Source of the DNA: Macrostomum lignano
Lineage: Eukaryota
DNA length: 64,000 bases
Reading direction: 5' to 3'
Assembly (NCBI GenBank): GCA_002269645.1
Contig: NIVC01001901.1
Coordinates: 1-64,000, forward strand
In this document: positions 1-11,053 of the stretch, one piece after another
Layout: the number at the start of each line of letters is the position of its first letter
How positions within the stretch are numbered: the first letter of the stretch is position 1
Notes under the pieces: model-generated
Seen by the model: the letters and a program-made list of their open reading frames with translations, nothing else
Database searches by the model: none
Told to the model about the DNA's origin: nothing
Translations under genes and position numbers: made by a program

Positions 1-326
1 TTTTTGGCCCGTTCAATAGCTTCTTCACGTACTTTTAGCCATTGAAAATAGAGAGTGAAACGAGGAAGAAGTGACGAGACTGCATATCTGTTTTGTTGAA
101 ATAGACTGGGAAAAGGCTTTTTAAAAAACTATGGAAAGTACGAGCGCGTATTGCTTTGCTTTCAGCCAACAAAAAGTACACAATACTCTCTGTCGGGAGT
201 AGCTCTTTAAAAACTGTTGTGTGCGCCGATGCGCGCTTATATCCAAAGCTTCTTTTTCAGGTTTTTTCGTCAAAGTCTGAGACTTCGACTGAGTTTTGAT
301 AGTTTGGCTTCAAAACGAAAGTAGAA

Positions 327-1472
327 ATGGCCAACTCAGATTTACCAAGTTTCTACTCGTGAGTGACTTTTTTAACACCACTAAGTCTCAGTTGTATTAA
401 TGACGCAATATTAGCCGTAATAATATTCACAATAACAATTTTTTGCCAGCTACTGGGTGTGACGCAAGCTGCTTCCGAGGCGGAAATTCTGAGAGCTTGG
501 CGCAAGCGAATGACGAACTATCATCCCGACAAGGCTGGCAGCGAGGCTGAAGACATGGCCAAGCTTCTGAATCAAGCCAAATCTGTCCTGTGCGATAAAA
601 CCGAACGAATGAAGTACGACGAACGTCGAGATGAAGCAACTGAGGATTACGAGAGTGGCGCTGATTTGCCTCGATTGCCAACTGGAAAGACACTATCGAA
701 GGACCTCATGAGCAGAATCGCTGCTTGGAGGGAGAGTTCCGAGACGGCTCATGGAGCGCAATGCGACCCAAACGGATTCGCAAATAAGTTTTTCGAGGAA
801 ACTCGTCAAGCAGTTCTGGATCTTCAGGAGAAGCTACGGGTTATTAAGAGGACGAGACGGTTAACTCTGCAAAGCCCGGTTTTTATTGAGAGTATCGCGT
901 CAGGCGAGCTTTCAGAAGAACATTTAGACGATGAAGTTCTCACCGAAGCCTGCAAATGGGCGAGAGAGACGCTAGAAAAAACGCTGAAAAGGAATACGCA
1001 GACGAAAGTTCCACCAGTTCAAGAAGGCGAACTAGTATGCTGCTATGACCTTTCCAGCTTGAAGGAAAGCGAATTGAGAAAACTCATGGTGATATTGATT
1101 CCTCCATCTGGCTCCAAGCCACTGTCAAGCGACCCCGAAAAGATGCGCCAAAGACTCAAAGATGTGTTACCCAAGTTTCGCGTCGACGTTAATAGAGAGA
1201 GAAGGGGTATAAAGAAGTTTTTCCTCGGTGCTCGTTGTGTGGTATGCAGTGCCGAGAAAGATTTATCCGAACGAAAATGCTTCCTTGTCGCAGGAGCCTG
1301 TCACGAGTTCAGACCTGTGTGTCTCACATGCTCTAAGCTTGAGTCCAAGAAGACTGCAGTTGTGGGAGGAGTTGGCAGCGACGCCTCAGACAGGATTTGT
1401 AGCTTCCTACGTGGCGACAGGAATTGCAAGTATCGAAAGAATGATGCACAATCTGAAGATAAATCAGCCTAA
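327..1472 (+). CDS. 5' part of a large multidomain gene: DnaJ (J-domain) followed by a degenerate FYVE-like Cys-rich zinc finger
   Basis: ORF 363-1472 contains LLGVTQAASEAEILRAWRKRMTNYHPDKAG...LLNQAKSVLCDKTERMKYD (HPD at 522-530). The probable start exon is ATG327 (MANSDLPSFYS), followed by an AT-rich intron GTGAGT 359...CCAG 449; the phase is off by 1 nt. The C-terminus reads CVVC...C-H...CLTCS...RIC. Confidence 0.8.
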
Positions 1473-4400
1473 GTCTGTGGTCGAAGCAACATTCGATCCT
1501 TCAATCGCTCTCACTACAAAACTTTTTCTTGCTGCTTCGGCGCTGTGGCTAGCTCTACAGAAGTCTCAACGCAATGAGCATGACATTGAGTCACTGCAGA
1601 GCCGTCAAACTGAGCTCGTACTGGAAATTTCAGAAGAAAAAGATCCTGACCAAGAGCTGCGCTTGCTGTTACTCTTGGTAGAAAATGAAGAGTCTGCCTT
1701 GGAAAGTAATGAAAATTTTCGATCTTTTTTAACACAAGAAGAAGCCCGGCTAAAGCTGATAGTTGACTCGGCCGATCTGAACAACTCGATTCACATTGCG
1801 TTCTCACAGTCACCGAGAGACAGGTTGCTGCTACGCCAGGCTAGCAAGTCAGCTAAGCTGGCTGACGAAGCACTTGCTAAAGCGAAACTTGAGTCAAGAA
1901 TTGTAGGTCTATTTCTGAGAGGTGCAGGGATCCTCAGCTGTTCAGGTGATGTAACAGCTCAACTCAGAGGTATGAAGGACCTCACACAAGCAGTGCTCGA
2001 AGGATACTCTGTCTTCTACCACTCAGATTTGATATCATCTGTAATGCGTATTGTCTCTAGATTCGGAGCTCTTTGTGGGACATTTCCGGTTCATGCGCTG
2101 TTCCATTTAATCGATAACCCATGGTCAGACTGCCAGGGAATGTTCAGTCGTCGGACTGCTTCGTCGGAAACACCAGCCAAAGCACAAGTCCCACTATTCC
2201 CAGGTATTTACGTACCGGGACACAGCGTGCAAGCGTTGAAGAAGAGCGAGATCGCTATCTCCAGAAGACTCGAAAAGGGCCAAATGACGCCACTGCAAGC
2301 GGCAATGAGCGCACTGGACCTTGCCATGGCTTGCGAAACGCTTGCTGAGGTCCTCGCCTGTTTTCTTGAGTGTGTAGCTCTGCTTCTACGAGCTCTGGAA
2401 ATAGAGGAGTCGCTCTACCAGAGATATGCGCTCAAAGAAGCCATGTTTGAAATCGGGATCGCTTCAGTGAGCATTTGTCTCAACAACTTTTCCGATTCAG
2501 CTTTGTTAAACTATTTATTACGCTATGCCTTTTGCTTGCTGAGAGATGCCGCTACGAAAGTTGGACGACCAGATGATGTTGAACGGCTCATTTCGATTCT
2601 AGAGATAGTAGCCTTCACTGGTCGTTTCTCACCATTTGTGTCGCTGCCTCTGGTTCGTCCGTCTGAGTCGCTGGTATTTTCAAATGTGCTCAAAAAGTGC
2701 GCAGGTCAGCTTCTCTGTGGTTTGTCTCAGCCAGAAAATTCCTATTTTCTTGAACTACCGAAGAGTATCATAGCTTACCAGAGCTTGGAATACAGCATCA
2801 GCAGCTCTGCATTCACTGAAAGTGAGACACGCCAGCTTGAGCTCTTAACTGCACGTGAGATGCTTAGAGAGCAGAATCTGGACTTTAACAACGTAGCCGC
2901 CCTGATAAATCCATGCTATCTTGACGTTCCAGAGGACGGTTGGCTTGTACCAAATCAGACACTTGATTTTTCAGGATGCGGAAACACGTATTTGAGCATT
3001 GACAAGGTCATTTTTAACAAAAATACGTTTCAAATTTCTGTCGTGGGCAGCAAAGGGAATCTTGTCAGCGATTTCGATGTGCTGACTGGTCTGCTAATGG
3101 ATCATCCGGGTGTGGCTTTTAGCCTTGACAAGCCCGCCAATCTTCACGAAGCTCGATTCCACCCGTTTCAAAAGTACTGGAGTAGCCAACCAGATCTGCT
3201 TAAAGGAACTCCACTCCTAGACACTCTTTTCAACACGGACTACATCATGAAGCAATTCAGTTCCGGATTAGAGATCTGCAGGAAGCCACCGTTCGATCGG
3301 AGACCATTGCTTAACGGTAGGGGTCTGTTCGCTGGACTGCCAGATCAGCTGCGCTGGCTGTTGAGACCTCTAAGCGAAAGAGGTGGGCAAAGATCTCGCT
3401 GCAGCAGATTCTGGATTGCAGCCACAGACATGGAGATGAAAGTGGAGGAAACACCTGACACGATTGAGTTCGTGTTTGGAAAGGTTCGCTTGGAAGTCAA
3501 AACGCACAGGATGGTAGCTTCAATGGGTGGCGAACACCAGGACGCTGAGACTGATGATGAAGATTCTCCAGAGAATCAGTTCGCAAAGGACATGACGGAG
3601 GCCCTTCCCAGCTTGGGTAGATTCTTTCCCGAGTTTGAAAGACTAAAAGAGCTAACAAAGATTCCGAAACTCTGCCTGATTATTAAGGCCATGCACCAAA
3701 GCCTCGGAGCAATGACCGTTCGCCAGGAGCAAGTAGAGCAAATTCTTGATCACGAACGAGCTGTTAGAATGGAAAAGAGTTATGAGATGGCGAAAAATGT
3801 TCTAGAGACACTGGATCGAGCTGAATCAATCCCTGGTGCAAGCCACTATGATTGTTGCAATCTGGCCACTGATCAATTGCTAAGCCAACTAAACTTAAAT
3901 AAGACCGAGACTGTCCGTGCCTTGCGTAGGCGAGATGTCAGAACGCTCCAGTACCTGTTGGCTGACAGTCTGCCATCAAGCTCTGCTGCGGATGTTAGGC
4001 AACAAATTCAAGATTTGATTGACTCGAAGAGAAGAGAATTTAGGAACTGGAACAGCAAGATACAGCATAAGTTAAATAGTAGCTTGCATCAGAGGCAACA
4101 GAAGATATCCGATTGTGATTGGGCACCCGCAGTGCTGAGCGCTAGTTCGGACGCAACAACACGATCGACAGTATACGGCGGTGTCTTACTGAATCCCAAA
4201 TCAGTGCATTCCAGTTTTCGTATGGAGTTTCCCCCGGGAAGCACCGTTCACAAGGTAGTATCATTTCTGATTCTCGGCGAACTGAATAGCAAGCAGTTCG
4301 CCTCCACGCGGACTTTTGACAGTTTAGATTTAGGGACTGTAAACGAACTTCTTGGGAATAATTTTCCCGAAATGGAGAGTTCCTCTGACTCAGAGCTGGG

Positions 4401-4689
4401 CGGACGTTCAGGCCGTGACAATGAAGGCGCTACCAGCTCTGCTGACAACCAACCCAGAACATCTAAAAACGACCAGTTTTTGAATGATGAAGGAAACTGG
4501 TCTCACATCTTTTCTGACAAGCCCGGCCATGTGGTTCCACGAAACGCAAAAGAAGAATGGGAGCTGCGAAAAAAACTTGTCAGTATTCGAGATCTGGCTC
4601 TCAAAAAAGATCCGAGGTGCATTGACGCTTCTCAGCAATTTGTGCACGTCGAGGGACGAAAAAATAATTGTCGATTTATCTTCTACAAG
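1400..4689 (+). CDS. Long intronless continuation of the same gene (helical region, DUF1598-like region, acidic/Ser linker, start of a toxin-like module)
   Basis: The frame is open from 1213 to 4710 (ORF 1228-4710) with protein-like composition. Motifs: FSLDKP..HPFQ..TPLLDTLFNTDYIMKQFSSG, SRFWI, FAKDMTEALPSLGRFFPEFERLKEL. It ends at a phase-0 donor AAG|GTAAGA at 4690. Confidence 0.75.
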
Positions 4690-4791
4690 GTAAGAAAAGA
4701 TGCCATTTAAGTTTTAAAAATGATTGACTTTAAAGATTATGAAAAAGAAAATTTTAATGCATCTATATTTTTTAACAATGGTAATTTCAAG

Positions 4792-5085
4792 GACGAGAGG
4801 GAGACAAGTAGCGACGTACTGCACCTAGCCTGGTGGATAAGAATCGATGGAAACGGGCGCATCGTCGGAGCAGGCTGCAACACGGTCCTAGCCAAGGAGC
4901 GAATTCCACAGTTGTTTCTGTTCTTGCGACCCATACCAACTGGCGAAGCTTTGATGGCATTTTTTCTGAGGGAGAAGCATAAGCTTCATGGCAAGAAAAC
5001 AGACGTGGAGTTTCATGATCACCTAAGCACCATTCGGAAAGGTCTGATTAATCAAATTAATTTAGTTAATCAGATCAAACCATAA
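4792..5085 (+). CDS. Terminal exon of the J-domain/DUF1598-like gene
   Basis: AT-rich 102-nt intron 4690-4791 (GTAAGA...TTTCAAG), phase 0 on both sides, joining FYK to DERETSSDVLHLAWWIRIDGNGRIVGAGCN...QIKP-stop. Confidence 0.7.
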   Translation, partial: DERETSSDVLHLAWWIRIDGNGRIVGAGCNTVLAKERIPQLFLFLRPIPTGEALMAFFLREKHKLHGKKTDVEFHDHLSTIRKGLINQINLVNQIKP

Positions 5086-5546
5086 AGATACTAGAAACCG
5101 TAGATGGGCGTCTCGCCTATTTCGGGATTAAACTACTTTCAAATAGGCATCTGTTTGGAGTTTTTTGGATATATTTGTGAACCAAATTAAATTAATTTTT
5201 TTGCTGATTGTTATTTAATATTAGGATTCAACACTTGGTTTTGAGTGCTTAAATGTCTATGGCACTCGTGACCAAATATCATCGCTTTTGACGATCGGAA
5301 TGGGAATTTGGGCAGTCGGAACGGGACGCCATAGACATTCAAGCCAGGCCACAGATCTCACCCTAGTCATGGACTTAAGCAGTTTAGCAAAGTCTACTGA
5401 GGGAGGCTAGGCCATAGGCTATAAATTTGAACATTCAGTGTGGGAAAAAGCCATTCAAATTAAACGGGAATCGGACTGAGATTTTACAGCTCTCTGTCCC
5501 TCTCTCCCCTGTTTGTTCGTCTTTGGCCTGAAAGCGACCCCATTGA

Positions 5547-5870
5547 ATGGCGCCACCAATTCCTGTAGCAGATCGCCAGCGGCTGATTGATGCGATTGAA
5601 CAAGGGTCATCCATCGCAGGAAGCTGCAAGAATCTTGTAAATCAAGAAAAAAACGGCATTCCGAATCGCTGCCAACTTTTGACTTGATGGCAAAGTGGAA
5701 TCCCTTCCTCGCGGTGGTCGTAAATAAGGATTGTGCAAGGCCGATCAGGAAATGAGAGAATTCTTGGTTGAGAAACTCGATGAAAATCCTTTCCTGACGC
5801 TCAAGGAAATGTCTGAACTGCTGACTGAGCGCTTTCCCAAGAAGCCGCATGTTCACCTTGTTCTTCACTT
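5547..5870 (+). pseudogene. Truncated IS630/Tc1-type transposase N-terminal HTH region with stop codons
   Basis: Manual translation: MAPPIPVADRQRLIDAIEQG...KTAFRIAANF*LDGKVESLPRGGRK*...EMREFLVEKLDENPFLTLKEMSELLTERFP. PRGG and ENP.LTLKE are typical of IS630/Tc1 DNA-binding regions. No DDE domain follows. Confidence 0.65.
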
Positions 5871-5947
5871 TTAAATATTCCAGTGGCCCTGAGATATAAA
5901 AATACATTAAATTAGGCGAATTCCCGTTTTCAATGGCTTTTTTCCCA

Positions 5948-6503
5948 TTTTGATTGTCAATTCCACATGCTATGGTTGTGTATTCCCAAGCAGCCCGAGC
6001 CTGTGGCCTGGCTTGAATTGAATGTCTATGACGTCCCGTTTTGATTGTCAATTCCACATGCTATGGTTGTGTATTCCCAAGCAGCCCGAGCCTGTGGCCT
6101 GGCTTGAATTGAATGTCTATGGCGTCCCGTTTTGATTGTCAATTCCACATGCTATGGTTGTGTATTCCCAAGCAGCCCGAGCCTGTGGCCTGGCTTGAAT
6201 TGAATGTCTATGGCGTCCCGTTTTGATTGTCAATTCCACATGCTATGGTTGTGTATTCCCAAGCAGCCCGAGCCTGTGGCCTGGCTTGAATTGAATGTCT
6301 ATGGCGTCCCGTTTTGATTGTCAATTCCACATGCTATGGTTGTGTATTCCCAAGCAGCCCGAGCCTGTGGCCTGGCTTGAATTGAATGTCTATGGCGTCC
6401 CGTTTTGATTGTCAATTCCACATGCTATGGTTGTGTATTCCCAAGCAGCCCGAGCCTGTGGCCTGGCTTGAATTGAATGTCTATGGCGTCCCGTTTTGAT
6501 TGT
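5948..6503. repeat. 91-bp tandem repeat, about 6 near-identical copies, inside the transposon right end
   Basis: TGATTGTC recurs at 5951, 6042, 6133, 6224, 6315, 6406 and 6497. Confidence 0.95.
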
Positions 6504-6890
6504 CCAAATTCCCATTTAGATTGTCAAAAGCGGTATTGCAATCAGGATATATATTTCTATTGCATTAAGTAAATAATAAACGTCGTTTAATTCACATTCC
6601 GAAGGACATTCTAACCATAGACTATGATGAATTAAACAGCGTTTATCATATATGAACTTCGATTGATCCTGATTTCGAGGAGGATTATATGATATACCGG
6701 TATTAAACCACTTTAAAGCTCACTTTCAGGGAGGTTATTGACATAGATTTATTTTGCGCGATTTAATCGATCACTTTCCCGGACATTTTGCAAGGATTAT
6801 TCTATGTATCTAAATAAGCGAGCTTCTGCCTTCTCTTCCTTCGTGACTCAAGAAATTTCTTAATGAAATTTTGTCTATGGTAAGAATGTG

Positions 6891-7140
6891 GGGGCTTTGC
6901 CCCCACATCCCCAGCAGGGGCTTTGCCCCCACATCCCCAGCAGGGGCTTCGCCCCACATCCCCAGCAGGGGCTTCGCCCCCACATCCCCAGCAGGGGCTT
7001 CGCCCCACATCCCCAGCAGGGGCTTCGCCCCCACATCCCCAGCAGGGGCTTCGCCCCCACATCCCCAGCAGGGGCTTTGCCCCCACATCCCCAGCAGGGG
7101 CTTCGCCCCCACATCCCCAGCAGGGGCTTCGCCCCCACAC
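6891..7140. repeat. 25-26 bp GC-rich minisatellite GGGGCTT(C/T)GCCCCCACATCCCCAGCA, about 10 copies
   Basis: Seen directly; each unit contains a GGGGC-TTC-GCCCC palindrome. Confidence 0.95.
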
Positions 7141-8330
7141 CCCATTCCCAACTTCAACCATAGACATACAAGTATGGCTCCGGGATTTATCTGAATACAT
7201 CGGCTTCGGCTCTCGGGATTTAATCACATACCGACCTCAAACCCATAGAATATCTCATACATATCCTAGTTTTTGTCAAAATTACCATAGACAACACATT
7301 CCCGGCTCAGAATAGTACAATTTTTAACGATAAAATGAGCAATCGTATTTTATATGACTAGCCAATATGCGATCACGAGCCATTTAAGCATGCTTTTTGT
7401 GTTTAATGCACGCTTTTACACATTTATATCCTGTTACAATAAGCACCTATTGGAAATGATTCAAAGTTCTGTGGGGTTGGCTACATTCCAAGGGTGTCAC
7501 GCACATTTCATCTGTATATTTGATGGAATGCAGTTTACGACGTATGAAAGTATTTTTTCTCTAATAATAAGAATACACATACGAGCATATAGAGGGCAAC
7601 TAGCAAGTGGAAAAGCATTGTCGTTTGACCAAATAGTGCAACAATGAGTTTAACCATGCAGGAATGCTTTAGTCTCACTTGAAAATAAACTACCGTAAAC
7701 TCTACCGACAATGCTATACTATGTTTCTAGCATCAATGGGTCAAACAAATCAAATTTGAACTAAAAAACAATTGCTTTTTTCAGAATTCAACATTGTATC
7801 GGAACGAGCAAATTCGGAGAGGCAGTACACTGCCGGAGCTCGACTCTCGGCGGCTGCCATTGCTGCTGCGGTGGAGGAAGGTCCGGAAGGATACGTTTTT
7901 GTAGAGTAGCTGTCTGGCTGCCTTTTAAGCTCCTTTACACTCAAGTGCAATCCCATTTCTGTGCGGATTTTTCGGATTTGCTTCCACTAAAATAGACATC
8001 ACTTTTTTGTCTGTTAGCCGGGGCTCTAGTAGATTCCCTGTCATAGACTTGGTTGAGTATATAAATTTAGGACAACTTAGAGATCAAACTATTAGTTTTG
8101 AAGAAACATTTTTGCAATTTGGGAACTTTTTGTAACTTCCGGGATCCCGATGCGCATGATTGGTAACTTGTCAACGGCAATTTTTTTCATTTTTTATAGT
8201 TTTATGTGAAATAATTGCATATCCAATTTGTATTTGATTTTCATTGTTAGTATTATACTTAGAGATTTAGCATATTTAGATAACTACTAAATAAGATATG
8301 TATTGGTATTGCTTTTGATTCTTACAATCA

Positions 8331-8970
8331 TGAGTGAGTGAGTGAGTGAGTGAGTGAGTGAGTGAGTGAGTGAGTGAGTGAGTGAGTGAGTGAGTGAGTG
8401 AGTGAGTGAATGAGTGAGTGAGTGAATGAGCGAGTGAGTGAGTGAGTGAGTGAGTGAGTGAGTGAGTGAGTGAATGAGTGAATGAGTGTGTGAGTGAGTG
8501 AGTGAGTGAGTGAGTGAGTGAGTGAATGAGTGAGTGAGTGAGTGAGTGAGTGAGTGAGTGAGTGAGTGAGTGAATGAGTGAGTGAGTGAGTGAGTGAGTG
8601 AGTGAGTGAGTGAGTGAGTGAGTGAGTGAGTGAGTGAGTGAGTGAGTGAGTGAGTGAGTGAGTGAGTGAGTGAGTGAGTGAGTGAGTGAGTGAGTGAGTG
8701 AGTGAGTGAGTGTGTGAGTGAGTGAGTGAGTGAGTGAGTGAGTGAGTGAGTGAGTGTGTGAGTGAGTGAGTGAGTGAGTGAGTGTGTGAGTGAGTGAGTG
8801 AGTGAGTGAGTGAGTGAGTGAGTGAGTGAGTGAGTGAGTGAGTGAGTGAGTGAGTGAGTGAGTGAGTGAGTGAGTGAGTGAGTGAGTGAGTGGGTGAGTG
8901 AGTGAGTGAGTGAGTGAGTGAGTGAGTGGGTGAGTGAGTGGGTGAGTGAGTGAGTGGGTGAGTGAGTGAG
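8331..8970. repeat. (GAGT)n microsatellite
   Basis: Seen directly. Confidence 0.98.
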
Positions 8971-9568
8971 AGTTTTGTGCTGGTTGTTACTGTTTTGCTA
9001 CAATGATTGATGACTGCAATAAAGGAAAGTTCTCTGAATCATGCGGCAGAAGAAAAATGAATCATGAGTATTTTTATCGTTCATATTTTTTCTTTTTTCA
9101 TCTGTTAGCCCATCCCGGTATTGAGGAACCTCCGGTATTTGGGACCCCTACGCAGAGCTAACTTTAACAATCTTTTTTAATCTTAACCTTGAAATCAAAA
9201 ACTGGTTTTCTGCAATCAACTTATAAAATATAGATCAAATCATTTCAACTGTACTCTCCATTTTAGATAGAATTTTTTCTATGCTGTCCTGACCTTTTTT
9301 AATTTGTCAGAGAATATACTGACCAGCATAATTTTTTCTGCCATGATTACTTCTAAGTAGGGTGATACGAAATCACATGGCAAACCTTGTTTCCATATTT
9401 TCCCATTTTGCTAAACACAAATCACCCACATCACAAGCGCTTACGACGGAATAAAGCCATTATGAGGCAATTTGAAACTTTGAGGAAGAATACAACCGTG
9501 GATACTTCTGAGGTAGATTCTCCCATTCTGATTCTCCCATTCTGTGTGTTCCCGAATTGCAAAAAGTC

Positions 9569-10397
9569 ACCTGTCTGTGGCTTCATTCACCTGTCTGTGG
9601 CTTCATTCATCTGTCTGTGGCTTCAATTATCTGTCTGTGGCTTCATTCATCTGCCTGTGGCTTCATTCATCTGTCCTGTGGCTTCATTCATCTGTCTGTG
9701 GCTTCATTCATCTGCCTGTGGCTTCATTCATCTGTCCTGTGGCTTCATTCATCTGTCTGTGGCTTCACTCACCTGTCTGTGGCTTCAATTATCTGTCTGT
9801 GGCTTCATTCATCTGCCTGTGGCTTCATTCATCTGTCCTGTGGCTTCATTCATCCGTCAGTGGCTTCATTCATCTGTCAGTGGCTTCATTCATCTGCCTG
9901 TGGCTTCATTCATCTGTCTGTCTGTGGCTTCATTCACCTGTCTGTGGCTTCATTCATCTGTCCTGTGGCTTCATTCATCTGTCAGTGGCTTTATTCATCT
10001 GTCTGTGGCTTCATTCATCTGCCTGTGGCTTCATTCATCCGTCAGTGGCTTCATTCATCTGTCTGTGGCTTCACTCACCTGTCTGTGGCTTCGTTTATCT
10101 GTCTGTGGCTTCACTCACCTGTCTGTGGCTTCATTCATCTTTCTGTGGCTTCATTCATCCGTCAGTGGCTTCATTCATCTGTCAGTGGCTTCATTCATCT
10201 GTCAGTGGCTTCATTCATCTGTCAGTGGCTTCATTCATCTGTCTGTCTGTGGCTTCAATTATCTGTCTGTGGCTTCATTCATCTGTCTGTCTGTGGCTTC
10301 AATTATCTGTCTGCGGCTTTATTCATCTGTCTGTCTGTGGCTTCAATTATCTGTCTGCGGCTTCATTCATCTGTCTGTTTGTGTCTTCATTTATCTG
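9569..10397. repeat. Variable 19-24 bp minisatellite, core CTGTGGCTTCATTCATCTGT
   Basis: Seen directly; it produces three overlapping repetitive pseudo-ORFs. Confidence 0.95.
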
Positions 10398-10708
10398 ACA
10401 GGTATTCACTGGGTCTCCCACTTGCCGTCTGAAATTCGTGGCATCTAATTAAACGCAGGGAAATTACCCCTCGCGCACGAAAGCCAATTATGTAAGGTCG
10501 GTCAGTAAAAGTACACAGTTGTTCGGGACCAAAAGCAAAATATGTCTCAGCTGTAGCAAAGTCGCTACAGAGCTGTTCAGGCGTGTGGCAGACTGCTCAT
10601 AGGAAAAAAGAGACCCGGAAAAGGAGTAAAAATAGATTGACTACTTGGCACTACTCATGAGCTCCTTTCCCTAATTCGATTGCTTTGATGAAGCCAGCAT
10701 GTACCAGA

Positions 10709-10940
<232 letters not shown>

Positions 10941-11053
10941 GCGATTGACTTCAGCTCCTTGCACTGCAAATGACGCAAGCTTTTCCAACTCTCGCTCAGG
11001 CTCACTGGGTCTGGGGTGGCGGCTTTCAATGTTGCTGAGTATAGATTGAAGCC

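Larger units (their letters stand above)
5282..6533 (+). mobile_element. Defective Tc1/mariner-IS630-like DNA transposon with long imperfect TIRs
   Basis: Left end 5282-5354 (tCGCTTTTGACGATCGGAATGGGAATTTGG...AAGCCAGGCCACAG) is the reverse complement of the right end (about 6455-6533, ...GTCAAAAGCGG followed by TA at 6534-6535). It contains a transposase N-terminal remnant. Confidence 0.7.

Noticed and set aside
4720-5085. 121-aa ORF starting 9 nt after the large ORF, resembling a toxin-immunity gene pair
   Set aside because: Its first 24 codons lie in an AT-rich GT-AG intron (4690-4791) that joins it in phase to the upstream ORF, so it is better explained as the last exon.
5948-6503. CRISPR-like appearance of regular repeats (also other arrays)
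   Set aside because: The units are contiguous with no unique spacers, there are no cas genes, and the context is eukaryotic.
7787-7910. GC-richer segment after a TTTTTTCAG acceptor, reading EFNIVSERAN...YVFVE-stop
   Set aside because: It could be an orphan terminal exon, but there is no matching upstream donor or exon and no recognisable homology.
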